Below are positions 10,111-19,407 of a stretch of 64,000 nucleotides of DNA, one piece after another (positions within the stretch are counted from its first letter, which is position 1; the number at the start of each line of letters is the position of its first letter). Under the pieces are notes generated by a model. It had not been told where the DNA came from and did no database searches. It was given only the letters and a program-made list of their open reading frames with translations. A program made the position numbers and the translations under genes. Source of the stretch: an uncultured bacterium (GTDB taxonomy: Bacteria > UBA8481); NCBI GenBank assembly GCA_964499705.1, contig CAZCME010000003.1, positions 310,001 through 374,000 on the forward strand, read 5' to 3'.

Positions 10111-10888
10111 CGGATATCAGAGGCCGCGCCGCGTCCCGTTTCGATTTTTCCTGGAGATAGGAAGCGACCATCCCAGATTCGAAATTCCCGCGCATAAGCC
10201 TCACCGCCTCGGCGGAAAAATCCTTGCGTCTGAATACCTTTCCCTGCGAGAGATCCTGAGAGATGCCCGGCGGGGAGGCGACGGCAAGGAGATCGAAGAG
10301 ACGGAGCAGACCGTTCGCTGCGGCGATAATGGTTTTGCACCCGAAATCATGCGCGCCGTCCGATGACAGGACGTCGGGGCGAACCTGGTGAAGAACAGGG
10401 CCGCCGTCGGTCTTGAGCGTCGCGTGATGAATCGTGGCTCCCACGCATTCGGGCTCGTTGTTCACCAGGGGCCAGAAGTTCGTGGCGGCGCCGCGATAGT
10501 AGGGTGAAAGCCCGAGGTGGAGATTGATGATCCTCCCCTCGAAGGCGTCCAGAATCGGATTCTTCACGATATGCGTCCCGAAAAGCAGGATCAGTTCCGG
10601 GTGAGCCATGCGGAGCACATCAAAGACAGCAGGCTCGTTGATCGCGCCGGGCGGTATTTCCAGCCGCGCTTTCTCGTGGGAAATGCCGTTCGCGGCGAAA
10701 TACTCCTTTTCTTTCCTGTCGCGCTCCGCAAGATGCTCGGCCATGATCGGGATTTCATCGTTGCTGGATGCCCGAATCACGTCGTACTTCGCTTCCATGA
10801 CAAGAGCGACAATCTCATGCTTTTCCGCGATGCGAGCGGCCATGTATTTATGACGAAGCTGGTTGGAAGTCAGAAGTGCTATGCGCAT
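10067..10888 (-). CDS. N10-formyl-THF-dependent formyltransferase (sugar formyltransferase-like)
   Basis: INLHLGLSPYYRG, GATIH, DGG motifs of the formyltransferase domain. Confidence 0.85.
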   Translation of the reverse strand: MRIALLTSNQLRHKYMAARIAEKHEIVALVMEAKYDVIRASSNDEIPIMAEHLAERDRKEKEYFAANGISHEKARLEIPPGAINEPAVFDVLRMAHPELILLFGTHIVKNPILDAFEGRIINLHLGLSPYYRGAATNFWPLVNNEPECVGATIHHATLKTDGGPVLHQVRPDVLSSDGAHDFGCKTIIAAANGLLRLFDLLAVASPPGISQDLSQGKVFRRKDFSAEAVRLMRGNFESGMVASYLQEKSKRDAARPLISVMPSSSSNGARDSG

Positions 10889-10918
10889 GAATCGGGCGGG
10901 TTCATTTGACCGGAATGA

Positions 10919-11890
10919 CTAAAACCACTTCAGCTTTCTGAAGAGCCAGACCTGGGCCAGCACGATGGTGGCCATCACCAGGAGCACCATGTAATAACCC
11001 TGCTCCCAGCGCAGCTCCGGCATGACGTCGAAGTTCATCCCGTAGATGGAGGCGATGAGATTGAGGGGCATGAAGATGATCGTCATCACCGTCAGGACCT
11101 TCATCACGTCGTTCAGCTTTTTCGACAGCATGGAAAGATAGCTGTCCAGCGTGGACGCGATCACTTCGCGGAAGAGGTGCGTCGTGTCGTTCACGGTCAT
11201 CAGGTGGTCGTAGATGTCGCGGAAATAGATCACCTGGTGGTCGGAGATGAAGGAGAAGCTCTTGTTCATCAGGAGCCGGACGACGTCGAGCTGCGGGACG
11301 ACGATCTTGCGAACCTTGGAGACGATCGACTTGAACTCGTTGATCTCCGCGATCGACCCTTCCTTGTCCGCCAGGATGTTGTCCTCGATGACGTCCAGCT
11401 TTTCCTCCAGCCGCTGAAGGATATGCGTCGTCTCGTCGACGACGCTGTCCATGAGGAGATGCAGGAGGAAATCGGAACCTTTCGTCATCAGCGACGGCTG
11501 CATGGAACAGCGGCTGCGGACGTGATTCATGAGGGGGATGACATCCTCGTGAAAGGAAACGATGTAGTGCGCGCCGATGTAGAGGTTCAGCTCCAGAATG
11601 TCGAGATCCTCCGCGCGTGTCAGCGTGTTCTTGACCGCCATGGCGTGAAAGATGACGAAGATGTAATCGTCGAAGTCGTCGATCTTGGGGCGGTGGACGG
11701 GGAGGATGCAGTCCTCGATCGAGAGCGTATGGAAATCGAAGATGTCGGAGAGATAGTCGATCTCGTCTTCGATCGGATCCTCCATGTCGATCCAGAGAAG
11801 TCCCTTGTCGCCGTCGATGATGCTCTTCCATTCCGCGGGAGGAATGTTCTGGTGAACCTTGGAGCCGTCCCACCAGTAGGAATGGATCAT
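10919..11890 (-). CDS. corA: Magnesium/cobalt transporter CorA
   Basis: LWIDM, LSIEDC, RPKID, YFRDIYDH, YGMNF signature, MPEL, two C-terminal TM helices. Confidence 0.95.
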   Translation of the reverse strand: MIHSYWWDGSKVHQNIPPAEWKSIIDGDKGLLWIDMEDPIEDEIDYLSDIFDFHTLSIEDCILPVHRPKIDDFDDYIFVIFHAMAVKNTLTRAEDLDILELNLYIGAHYIVSFHEDVIPLMNHVRSRCSMQPSLMTKGSDFLLHLLMDSVVDETTHILQRLEEKLDVIEDNILADKEGSIAEINEFKSIVSKVRKIVVPQLDVVRLLMNKSFSFISDHQVIYFRDIYDHLMTVNDTTHLFREVIASTLDSYLSMLSKKLNDVMKVLTVMTIIFMPLNLIASIYGMNFDVMPELRWEQGYYMVLLVMATIVLAQVWLFRKLKWF

Positions 11891-11905
11891 GGCGAAGCCG
11901 GGCTG

Positions 11906-12199
11906 TTACTCGGAGGCTTCGTTGGCGACGAGGAGTTTCTTGAACGTGGAGCCCTCGCGACGCCAGTTCGAGAGGTGCCAGTTGACACCCTTCAGGTTGG
12001 GGATGCGGCGGAGCGAGGCATCGAGCATCTTGAGGTCGGAACCCTGCTTGACGTCCTGGTTCCTGGACCGGGCCTTCAGGAGGCCGGCGATCATGACCGT
12101 GCCCTTCGTGGAGGAGACAGTCAGCTTGGAGGTATCGATGCCGCGACGCACAAGCATCTGATCCACGCGGATATTGATCATGCGGTCATCGACGGCCAT
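11906..12199 (-). CDS. Small basic hypothetical protein (97 aa), BON-like
   Basis: MAVDDRMINIRVDQMLVRRGIDTSKLTVSSTKGTVMIAG..., strong GC3 bias, ends 15 bp before corA. Confidence 0.6.
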   Translation of the reverse strand: MAVDDRMINIRVDQMLVRRGIDTSKLTVSSTKGTVMIAGLLKARSRNQDVKQGSDLKMLDASLRRIPNLKGVNWHLSNWRREGSTFKKLLVANEASE

Positions 12200-12335
12200 G
12201 ACCAAGAATCGTACGTGAATTCCGGATCGATTCAAGGTAAAATTCCCGGGCGGGCGCGCTGGGATGGAAGAATGATCGTCCCAAGCGGGGAGTGCGTCCT
12301 TCAAGGCGAACGATCGCCTTCACGGAGGAGTTTTC

Positions 12336-12983
12336 ATGAAGAAATCGGTTCTGGTCCTGGCGGCAGTCGCCTGCCTGGGGTTGTTTTCGCAGGGCGCCGA
12401 TGCGCTCACGGTCGGTGTCATCGACATGCTCAAGGTGAGCGAGGGCTATAACCGGTATCTCGAATCCCGAAAGATCCTGGAGGCCAGGAAGACGGAACTC
12501 CAGGATGTCGTCGACGACGAGGAGAAGTCCGTGCTGGCGCTCATCGACCAGCTCGAGGCGATCCGCGCCACGGCCTCCCAGGACGAGATCATGAAGCGCC
12601 GCCAGGAAGTCGAGCAGCGCGACAAGGAACTGCGCGAGTTCGTGATGTCCACCAACACCCAGTTCCGCGACGATCTCGATTCGCTCCAGTATCGCACCCG
12701 CAATGAAATCGAGACCGCCGTGCACGCGGTCGCCAGGGCCAAGGGGCTCGACATCGTCATCGAGCGGAACATGACTCTTTTTTCGACCGACGCGCTCGAT
12801 GTGACGGCGGAACTCATCGTGGAGCTGAACAATCGCTACAAGCCGCTTCCGGCTCCGGCCGCCCGCCCCGCCGCGTCCTCCTCATCCCGGACGCGAACTC
12901 CTTCCTCGCCGACCGCCATTCCCAACGCGGCGCCGGCGCCGACAACCCCCGGCCGCGGCTGGCCGTTCCGGGACGAGCGCTGA
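12336..12983 (+). CDS. skp: OmpH/Skp periplasmic chaperone with Pro/Ala/Ser-rich tail
   Basis: Signal peptide, VGVIDM, coiled coil, VARAKGLDIVI, DVTAELI; GGAGGAG RBS; precedes lpxD. Confidence 0.88.
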   Translation: MKKSVLVLAAVACLGLFSQGADALTVGVIDMLKVSEGYNRYLESRKILEARKTELQDVVDDEEKSVLALIDQLEAIRATASQDEIMKRRQEVEQRDKELREFVMSTNTQFRDDLDSLQYRTRNEIETAVHAVARAKGLDIVIERNMTLFSTDALDVTAELIVELNNRYKPLPAPAARPAASSSSRTRTPSSPTAIPNAAPAPTTPGRGWPFRDER

Positions 12984-12984
12984 C

Positions 12985-13018
12985 AGATAAGGATGAAGGA
13001 TGAAGTATGAAGGATGAA
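12985..13018 (+). repeat. Heptamer tandem repeat AGATAA-(GGATGAA)x4
   Basis: AGATAA GGATGAA GGATGAA GTATGAA GGATGAA read directly; the last unit contains the lpxD ATG. Confidence 0.9.
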
Positions 13019-14123
13019 TAAAATCTTGGAACTCGATGGGAAGAACCGGAGGCTTTCCGACCTCGCCGAATTCGTCGGAGGCCGGATCGTCGGGAACAAG
13101 GACATCTTCATTTCCGGCGTGGGTTCGATCGAGACGGCGGAGCGGGACGACATCACATTCGCGTTGAACGAGAAGCTGCTCCTGGAGGCCGCCGATTGCG
13201 CGGCGGCATGCATCATTGTTCCGCACAACCTCGAACAGATCGTGTCCGGCAACGGCGACGGCCTCTCGCGGGCCGGCAAGACGCTCCTGAAGGTCGATAA
13301 TCCGCGCTTCGCTTTCGCACGGATCGCGTCGCTTTTTTCGCCGCCGCACCGGATCGCGCCCGGCATCCATCCCACCGCCGTCATCGCTCCCTCGGTCGCC
13401 CTGGGCCGCGAAGTCGCCATCGGCGCCAGGGTCGTCGTCGACGAAGGCGCCCAGATCGGCGACGGCGTGACGCTCTTTCCCGGCGTCTTCATCGGCCGGG
13501 GATCCAGGATCGGAGCCTCGACGATCGTGCATGCCAATGTCACGGTGGAGCACGAGGTCGTGATCGGGAGCCATTGCATCATCCACGCGGGAACCGTGAT
13601 CGGCTCGGACGGATTCGGATTCGTGGAGCATGGAGGCAAGCATTACAAGGTTCCGCAGATCGGCGGCGTCGTGATCGGGGACAACGTGGAGATCGGGGCC
13701 AACTGCACGATCGACCGGGGCGCCTCCGGAAACACCATTATCAAGTCCGGCACGAAATTCGACAACCTCATTCACATCGCGCATAACGTCGTCATCGGCC
13801 ACGACTGCCTCATCATCGCGCAGGTCGGCATTTCCGGTTCCGTCACCGTGGGAGACCATTGCATCCTGGCGGGACAGGTCGGCGTCGCGGGGCACCTCGA
13901 GATCGGCGACCAGACGGTGGTCGCCGCGAAAGCGGGCGTGACGAAGACGCTTCCTCCCCGCATCCACGCGTCGGGATTTCCCGCCAAGCCGCATCTCGAG
14001 GAGAAAAGGATCATGATCTCATTGCCGAAGCTGCCCGAGATGGTAAAGAAGGTCGTGGAACTGACCACGGCAATCCAGCGCCTTGCCAGAAGGCTGGACA
14101 AGATCGAAGGCGGCAAGCTGTGA
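13014..14123 (+). CDS. lpxD: UDP-3-O-acylglucosamine N-acyltransferase
   Basis: GSDGFGF, KVPQIGGVVIGDNVEIGANCTIDRG, DNLIHIAHN, GQVGVAGH. Confidence 0.96.
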   Translation: MNKILELDGKNRRLSDLAEFVGGRIVGNKDIFISGVGSIETAERDDITFALNEKLLLEAADCAAACIIVPHNLEQIVSGNGDGLSRAGKTLLKVDNPRFAFARIASLFSPPHRIAPGIHPTAVIAPSVALGREVAIGARVVVDEGAQIGDGVTLFPGVFIGRGSRIGASTIVHANVTVEHEVVIGSHCIIHAGTVIGSDGFGFVEHGGKHYKVPQIGGVVIGDNVEIGANCTIDRGASGNTIIKSGTKFDNLIHIAHNVVIGHDCLIIAQVGISGSVTVGDHCILAGQVGVAGHLEIGDQTVVAAKAGVTKTLPPRIHASGFPAKPHLEEKRIMISLPKLPEMVKKVVELTTAIQRLARRLDKIEGGKL

Positions 14124-15421
14124 CGCAGGCGACGATCGCGGCCGAACTGGAATTTTCCGGCGTCGGCCTTCACACCGGCATTTCCACGAGGCTCCGGCTC
14201 CGTCCGGCGGAAGTCAACAGGGGCATCGTCTTCACGCGGACGGACCTGGCGGAGTCTCCCATGATTCCTGTCAGCCCGGAGTATGTCGTCGCGACCGAGC
14301 GGGAGACATGCGTCGGCCAGGGCGAAGTCATGGTGCACATGGTGGAACATCTTCTCTCCGCCTGCGGCGGCCTCGGCGTCGACAATCTCATCGTCGAGCT
14401 TGACGGGCCCGAGGTTCCGATCCTGGACGGTTCGTCGCTGCCGTACGTCGAAGCGATCCAGCGCGTGGGTTTGAAGAAATACAATGAACCCGCCCGCGCC
14501 TTCCGGGTCCGCGAGCCGGCGTGGATGGAAGACGGAGAAAAGCAGATCATCGTCCTGCCGTCGTCCACGTTCAAGATTTCCTACACGATCCATTTTCCCG
14601 GGACCGGTATCGGCTCGCAGTTCCGCACCATCGAAGTGACCCCGGAGACCTACGCGAAGGAACTCGCGCCGGCCCGGACCTTCTGCCCTCTCTCGGACGT
14701 GGAGCAGCTCAGGAAGGCCGATCTCATCAAGGGCGGCTCGCTCGATAACGCGCTCGTCTTCGACGACAAGGGGCCGATCGACGGATGCGTCCTGAGATTC
14801 CCGGACGAGCCCGTGCGGCACAAGATCCTCGACCTGATCGGCGACTTCATGTTTCTCGGCTCCTCCATCCAGGGGCACGTCATCGTGATCCGCGGAGGAC
14901 ATTCGCTGAACGTCCGGATGACGAGGAAGCTGGGGGAACTGCGTCAGAAGACCGTCGCGCATTATCACCGCAGTCTCTCGGTCGCGAACGAACAGCTCGA
15001 CATCCAGGCGATCAAGAAGATCCTGCCGCACCGGTATCCGTTTCTCCTCATCGACCGGATCCTTTCGATCGAGGCGGGCAAGAAGATCGTGGGATTGAAG
15101 AACGTCACGGGCAACGAGGATTTCTTCAACGGACATTTTCCGCAGTATCCGATCATGCCGGGCGTCCTCATCATCGAGGCGATGGCGCAGGTCGGCGGTG
15201 TGATGCTTCTTTCCGGAGCCGACATGCCGGGCCGGCTCGTCTTCTTCATGGGGCTCGACAACGTCAAGTTCCGGAAGCCCGTTGTGCCGGGCGACCAGGT
15301 GATCTTCGAGGTCGAGGCCGTGAAGATCCGGTCCCGGACGGGGCTCATGCGCGGCCAGGCCTTCGTCGAGGGCAACCTCGTGGCGGAAGCCGATCTGAAG
15401 TTCTCGATTCCCGAAGAATGA
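14120..15421 (+). CDS. lpxC: Bifunctional LpxC/FabZ fusion
   Basis: GTG 14120. GVGLHTG, VEHLLSA, ARTF, RHKILDLIGD (LpxC), then ILPHRYPFLLIDR, FFNGHFP, PGVLIIEAMAQ (FabZ). Confidence 0.95.
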   Translation: MTQATIAAELEFSGVGLHTGISTRLRLRPAEVNRGIVFTRTDLAESPMIPVSPEYVVATERETCVGQGEVMVHMVEHLLSACGGLGVDNLIVELDGPEVPILDGSSLPYVEAIQRVGLKKYNEPARAFRVREPAWMEDGEKQIIVLPSSTFKISYTIHFPGTGIGSQFRTIEVTPETYAKELAPARTFCPLSDVEQLRKADLIKGGSLDNALVFDDKGPIDGCVLRFPDEPVRHKILDLIGDFMFLGSSIQGHVIVIRGGHSLNVRMTRKLGELRQKTVAHYHRSLSVANEQLDIQAIKKILPHRYPFLLIDRILSIEAGKKIVGLKNVTGNEDFFNGHFPQYPIMPGVLIIEAMAQVGGVMLLSGADMPGRLVFFMGLDNVKFRKPVVPGDQVIFEVEAVKIRSRTGLMRGQAFVEGNLVAEADLKFSIPEE

Positions 15422-16191
15422 TCCACCCCTCCTCCGTCATCTCTCCCGACGTCGTCATGGGCGAAGGATGCGAGATCGGGCCGTTCTGCGTGGTCGGACC
15501 GGGTGTCGTGATGGGCGCGCGGAATATTCTCAGGAATCACGTCACGCTCGAGGGTCCATCGAGCATCGGCTCGGATAATGTCTTCTTTCCCGGATGCGCG
15601 GTGGGAACCCAGCCGCAGGACCTGAAGTACGCGGGCGAGCCGACGACGCTCACGATGGGCGACAGGAACATTGTTCGCGAATGCGTCACGATCAACAGGG
15701 GAACGGTGGGCGGCGGAGGTCATACAACGGTGGGTACCGGCTGCCTCTTCATGCTGGCCGCCCACGTTGCTCACGACTGCCACGTCGGCGACGGCGTCAT
15801 CATGGCCAACAGCGCGACGCTCGCGGGGCACGTGACGGTGGGCGAGTTCGCGAGCATCGGAGGCCTGACGCCTGTTCACCAGTTCGTCCGGATCGGCCCG
15901 CATGCCTTCATCGGAGGCGCGACGCGGGTCTCGCAGGACATCGTTCCCTTCATCAAGATGGGAGGCATTCCTCCGACCATTCTCGGCGCCAACAGCGTCG
16001 GGCTCTTGCGCCGCGGTTTCGACAAGCGCGCCGTGGAAGCGATCGACACGGCCGTGAAAATCCTCTTCAAGTCGGGGCTCAACACGACGCAGGGCGTGGA
16101 GAAGATCAAGGCGAGCCTGCCGGCGATCCCCGAGATCGCGGCGATCATCTCCTTTGTGGAGACATCGCAGCGGGGAATCCTGAGAGGATGA
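15418..16191 (+). CDS. lpxA: Acyl-ACP--UDP-N-acetylglucosamine O-acyltransferase
   Basis: ATG 15418 (ATGA overlap). PQDLKY, RECVTINRGT, HVAHDC, LAGHV, VHQFVRIG. Confidence 0.96.
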   Translation: MIHPSSVISPDVVMGEGCEIGPFCVVGPGVVMGARNILRNHVTLEGPSSIGSDNVFFPGCAVGTQPQDLKYAGEPTTLTMGDRNIVRECVTINRGTVGGGGHTTVGTGCLFMLAAHVAHDCHVGDGVIMANSATLAGHVTVGEFASIGGLTPVHQFVRIGPHAFIGGATRVSQDIVPFIKMGGIPPTILGANSVGLLRRGFDKRAVEAIDTAVKILFKSGLNTTQGVEKIKASLPAIPEIAAIISFVETSQRGILRG

Positions 16192-16215
16192 TCAGCGAAT
16201 CACATTAGCGCTCCG

Positions 16216-17361
16216 ATGAACGCCCTGCTGGTCACCGAATATTTTCCTCCCGTCACCGGCGGTTCTCCGCGCTGGTACGACGTCATCATCCGCAACGCGC
16301 GCAACTTCAGATGGACCGTCGTGACGCGTCCCGTCGAGGGCGCTCCGCCCTTTGAACGGATCGGAGCGCACCAGGTCTTTCGTCCCTCGTGGTGGGTCGT
16401 CCCTCCGTCGCCCCTGAAGATCTCCACGATGAAAGTCTATCTCCGCCTGTATACGCATCTCCGCGAATTCGCACGCCGGATGGAGCCGGGCGTCATCCAC
16501 GGGATGCCGGTCTATGGCGCGGCCCTCCCCGCGCTTCTCGTGGCGCAGGAGCGCCGCATTCCGTTTGTCGCTCATGTCTTCGGCGAGGAATTCGGCATGC
16601 AGGGACGGTCCCTGTACAGGCGGCAGGTCATGAAGCATGTGCTCGGTCACGCGGATGCGACCGTGGCCATCAGCGAGGCGACGCGCAGCGAGGCTGTCAA
16701 GCACGGCTCCGCCGAAGCGTCGACGCATCTCATCTTCGTCATCGATCTATCGTCGCTTCATCCCGTGGAAACCGATGTTGCGCGGGCGGAGCTGGGGATA
16801 TCCGGGGATCCCATCCTGCTGACCGTTTCGAGGATCGTGGAACGGAAGGGGCATGACAGCGTGGTGCGCGCGCTGAAGGTTCTCCTGGGGGAATTCCCCG
16901 GGCTGGGATATTACATCGCGGGCGAAGGGCCCGATCGGCCTCGCATAGAGGAACTGGCTCGCGCGGAGGGCGTCGCGCATGCGGTTCATTTCCTGGGACG
17001 AGTTCCGGACGAGAAACTTTCCGCGCTCTATTCCGCGGCCGACTTGTTCGTGATGCCGAACCGGGAATTGCCGTCAGGGGAGATCGAGGGCTGGGGCATG
17101 GTATTTCTCGAAGCCGGCGCCTGCGGAACGCCCTCCATCGGAGGCCGATCCGGCGGGACGGGCTCGGCCGTGGAAGACGGTATCACGGGGCTACTTGTGG
17201 ATCCGCTGGACGCCGAAGGATTGTCGGGAACGATCGCGCGGCTTCTGCGCGACACGAAAGAACGCGAGCGGATGGGGAGAGCCGCGCGGGATCACGCGCT
17301 GAAGGTCAGCTCCGTCGCCGAGGCGATCCAAAAGTTGGAAGCTCTGCCCGGAGAGATGTAG
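16216..17361 (+). CDS. Glycosyltransferase family 4
   Basis: EYFPPVTGG, VSRIVERKGHD, EGWGMVFLEA, GLLVDP. Confidence 0.92.
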   Translation: MNALLVTEYFPPVTGGSPRWYDVIIRNARNFRWTVVTRPVEGAPPFERIGAHQVFRPSWWVVPPSPLKISTMKVYLRLYTHLREFARRMEPGVIHGMPVYGAALPALLVAQERRIPFVAHVFGEEFGMQGRSLYRRQVMKHVLGHADATVAISEATRSEAVKHGSAEASTHLIFVIDLSSLHPVETDVARAELGISGDPILLTVSRIVERKGHDSVVRALKVLLGEFPGLGYYIAGEGPDRPRIEELARAEGVAHAVHFLGRVPDEKLSALYSAADLFVMPNRELPSGEIEGWGMVFLEAGACGTPSIGGRSGGTGSAVEDGITGLLVDPLDAEGLSGTIARLLRDTKERERMGRAARDHALKVSSVAEAIQKLEALPGEM

Positions 17362-17370
17362 GATACATCC

Positions 17371-18375
17371 ATGAGAATCGCATTCGACACATCCCGACTG
17401 GAAGGACCGAGGACGGGGATCCATCGGATTGTTTCGTCGCTCCTGGAGACCTCCGCGGCGATGCAGCCGGATTCGACTCATGAGTGGATTCCCATCCAGC
17501 GTCCCGACGGGATCCGGAGCCTGGCGTATCTGCTTCACCACCTGCCGAAGCTGGCGCGCGAAGCGGGAGCCGACCTGATTCTCTCGCCCCATGCGTGGGA
17601 CTTTCCCGGCACAAGCGCGCTTCCGGTCGTCTCCATGCTTCTCGACGTCTGGCCCTGGACTCATCTGGACATGACGGATCCGCATGCGGCGCGGCATAAG
17701 ATTCTCCAGCCGTTTCCCCGCCGTGCCGCGGGCATCATCCACATCTCCGATTTCACGCGGCGCGAATTTCACGAGCTCTGGCCGGAGTGCGTCGTCAGGG
17801 ACACGGTGGTTCCCATGAGCCCGGGAGAACATTTTACAAAGGAGGGGTCGATGGCGGCCGAAGGAATACCGGAGGGAGAATTTTTTCTGGGCATCGCGTC
17901 ACGCGATCCCCGGAAAAACCTCCCCTTTCTCCTGGATCTCGTTCCCCGCCTGAACGCGCCCCTCGTGGTCGTCGGGGACGCGCCGATGGAAGATGTGAGC
18001 GGCGCGCTGCACCTGGGACCATGTCATGATGAGATGCTGGGCATTCTCTATCGCCGCGCGAAGGCGTTTCTCTATCCGTCGCTCTACGAGGGCTTCGGTA
18101 TGCCGCCGACGGAAGCGGCGAAGTGCGGCTGCCCCGTCCTGGTCTCGGATCTGACATCACTGCCTGAAGTCATGGGCTATGATTTTCCGGGAATGATTCC
18201 CCTGGGTAACGGCGATCGCTGGGCCGAAACGGCCAACCTGCTATTGCGCGACGATGGAGCGAGGCGGAAGTTCATCGCGGCGGGAGACAGGGTGGTCGCG
18301 CGGTATTCCTGGCGAAAAACCTTTCAGGGCATCGAGGAGTTCTGCGGAACGATGCTGGAAAATCCTGAATCCTGA
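17371..18375 (+). CDS. Glycosyltransferase family 4 (mannosyltransferase-like)
   Basis: RTGIHR, DPRKN, FLYPSLYEGFGMPPTEA, SLPEV, YSW. Confidence 0.9.
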   Translation: MRIAFDTSRLEGPRTGIHRIVSSLLETSAAMQPDSTHEWIPIQRPDGIRSLAYLLHHLPKLAREAGADLILSPHAWDFPGTSALPVVSMLLDVWPWTHLDMTDPHAARHKILQPFPRRAAGIIHISDFTRREFHELWPECVVRDTVVPMSPGEHFTKEGSMAAEGIPEGEFFLGIASRDPRKNLPFLLDLVPRLNAPLVVVGDAPMEDVSGALHLGPCHDEMLGILYRRAKAFLYPSLYEGFGMPPTEAAKCGCPVLVSDLTSLPEVMGYDFPGMIPLGNGDRWAETANLLLRDDGARRKFIAAGDRVVARYSWRKTFQGIEEFCGTMLENPES

Positions 18376-18388
18376 ATCCCAACTCCCA
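18361..18388 (+). repeat. Degenerate heptamer tandem repeat overlapping the GT4 stop
   Basis: AATCCTG AATCCTG AATCCCA ACTCCCA. Confidence 0.65.
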
Positions 18389-18436
18389 ACATCACCGCCG
18401 AAGAAGGATTCGACGGCCTGGTGATTAGGGCGCGGA

Positions 18437-19348
18437 TCAGTTCTTCAGTTTTCTTTCGACAAAGAGTCTCAGCGGAACGTTCTTGAGGCTCACCGAGTAG
18501 CGGTGCGGTGTGTTGAGCATCAGGAACCGGTGCGGCACCGTCACGACGGCATCGAGGGACATGACCATTTCATCCCGGCGACTGTTGGCGCCGAAAAGCT
18601 TATCCGCGGAAGACTGCTGGTAGAAGATGGGCCAGTAGCGGAAGCGGATGTTGAAGCCGGTCAACTGGTATTCGGAGACCTTGATGTCCTGCCGGTAGGG
18701 ACCCGGCATCTGGGCGATCATGTTCTTCAGGATCATGCCCGGCAGCGTGTTCGTGTCATTGGAGAACGTGCCGCCGGTGGAAACCCAGTTGGCGAAGAAG
18801 TAGTGAACGCGGGAGTCGTTGTTGGCGTCCCTGGAACCCACGAGAACCGCGCGGCCCGTGCCCATGGGCATCTCGTTGAAGAGATTGCGGATCGGACCGA
18901 GATTCTTCGGAATAAAGGATGTGACCGACATGGAATCGCCGAGGAGATCGAAAGAGGTGACGCGGGTTCCCTCGGAGTTCGTGTCCATGACGATCCAGGC
19001 GGCGGCGTAGAACGTGTCGCCACCCAGGCGGCAGCGCATCTGCTCGCCGAAGAGCGCGGTGCCGCGGCGGCGGACGTCGCCGTGAAGTTCCCAGGTTCCG
19101 AAGATGGAGGAACCGGGGGTGCGGCTGTAGAAATCAGCCAGGCTGATAAGGGAATCCCTGCCGATGGCGGATTCCACCATGTCGCCCGTGTCCCCGCTCA
19201 GCTCGGGCACGCCGGGATCGCGCAGATCCTCGAAGTCGACGGTGATCGTGGGGTCGGCCGCGAACACGGGCATGCCGGCGGAAGCCAGCAGCAGGACGAT
19301 TCCGAATAACCTGACGCACGAAGCGGGAAACGCTGATCGAATATACAT
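18437..19348 (-). CDS. Hypothetical exported protein
   Basis: Signal-peptide-like N-terminus (LFGIVLLLASAGMPVFA/ADP), strong GC3 bias, TTGACA about 30 bp upstream; no family recognised. Confidence 0.7.
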   Translation of the reverse strand: MYIRSAFPASCVRLFGIVLLLASAGMPVFAADPTITVDFEDLRDPGVPELSGDTGDMVESAIGRDSLISLADFYSRTPGSSIFGTWELHGDVRRRGTALFGEQMRCRLGGDTFYAAAWIVMDTNSEGTRVTSFDLLGDSMSVTSFIPKNLGPIRNLFNEMPMGTGRAVLVGSRDANNDSRVHYFFANWVSTGGTFSNDTNTLPGMILKNMIAQMPGPYRQDIKVSEYQLTGFNIRFRYWPIFYQQSSADKLFGANSRRDEMVMSLDAVVTVPHRFLMLNTPHRYSVSLKNVPLRLFVERKLKN

Positions 19349-19407
19349 GCAAATACTTTGAAGAATTTCAGGAATTTGTCAACAGGTATCCTTGGGGATT
19401 TTTTTGT

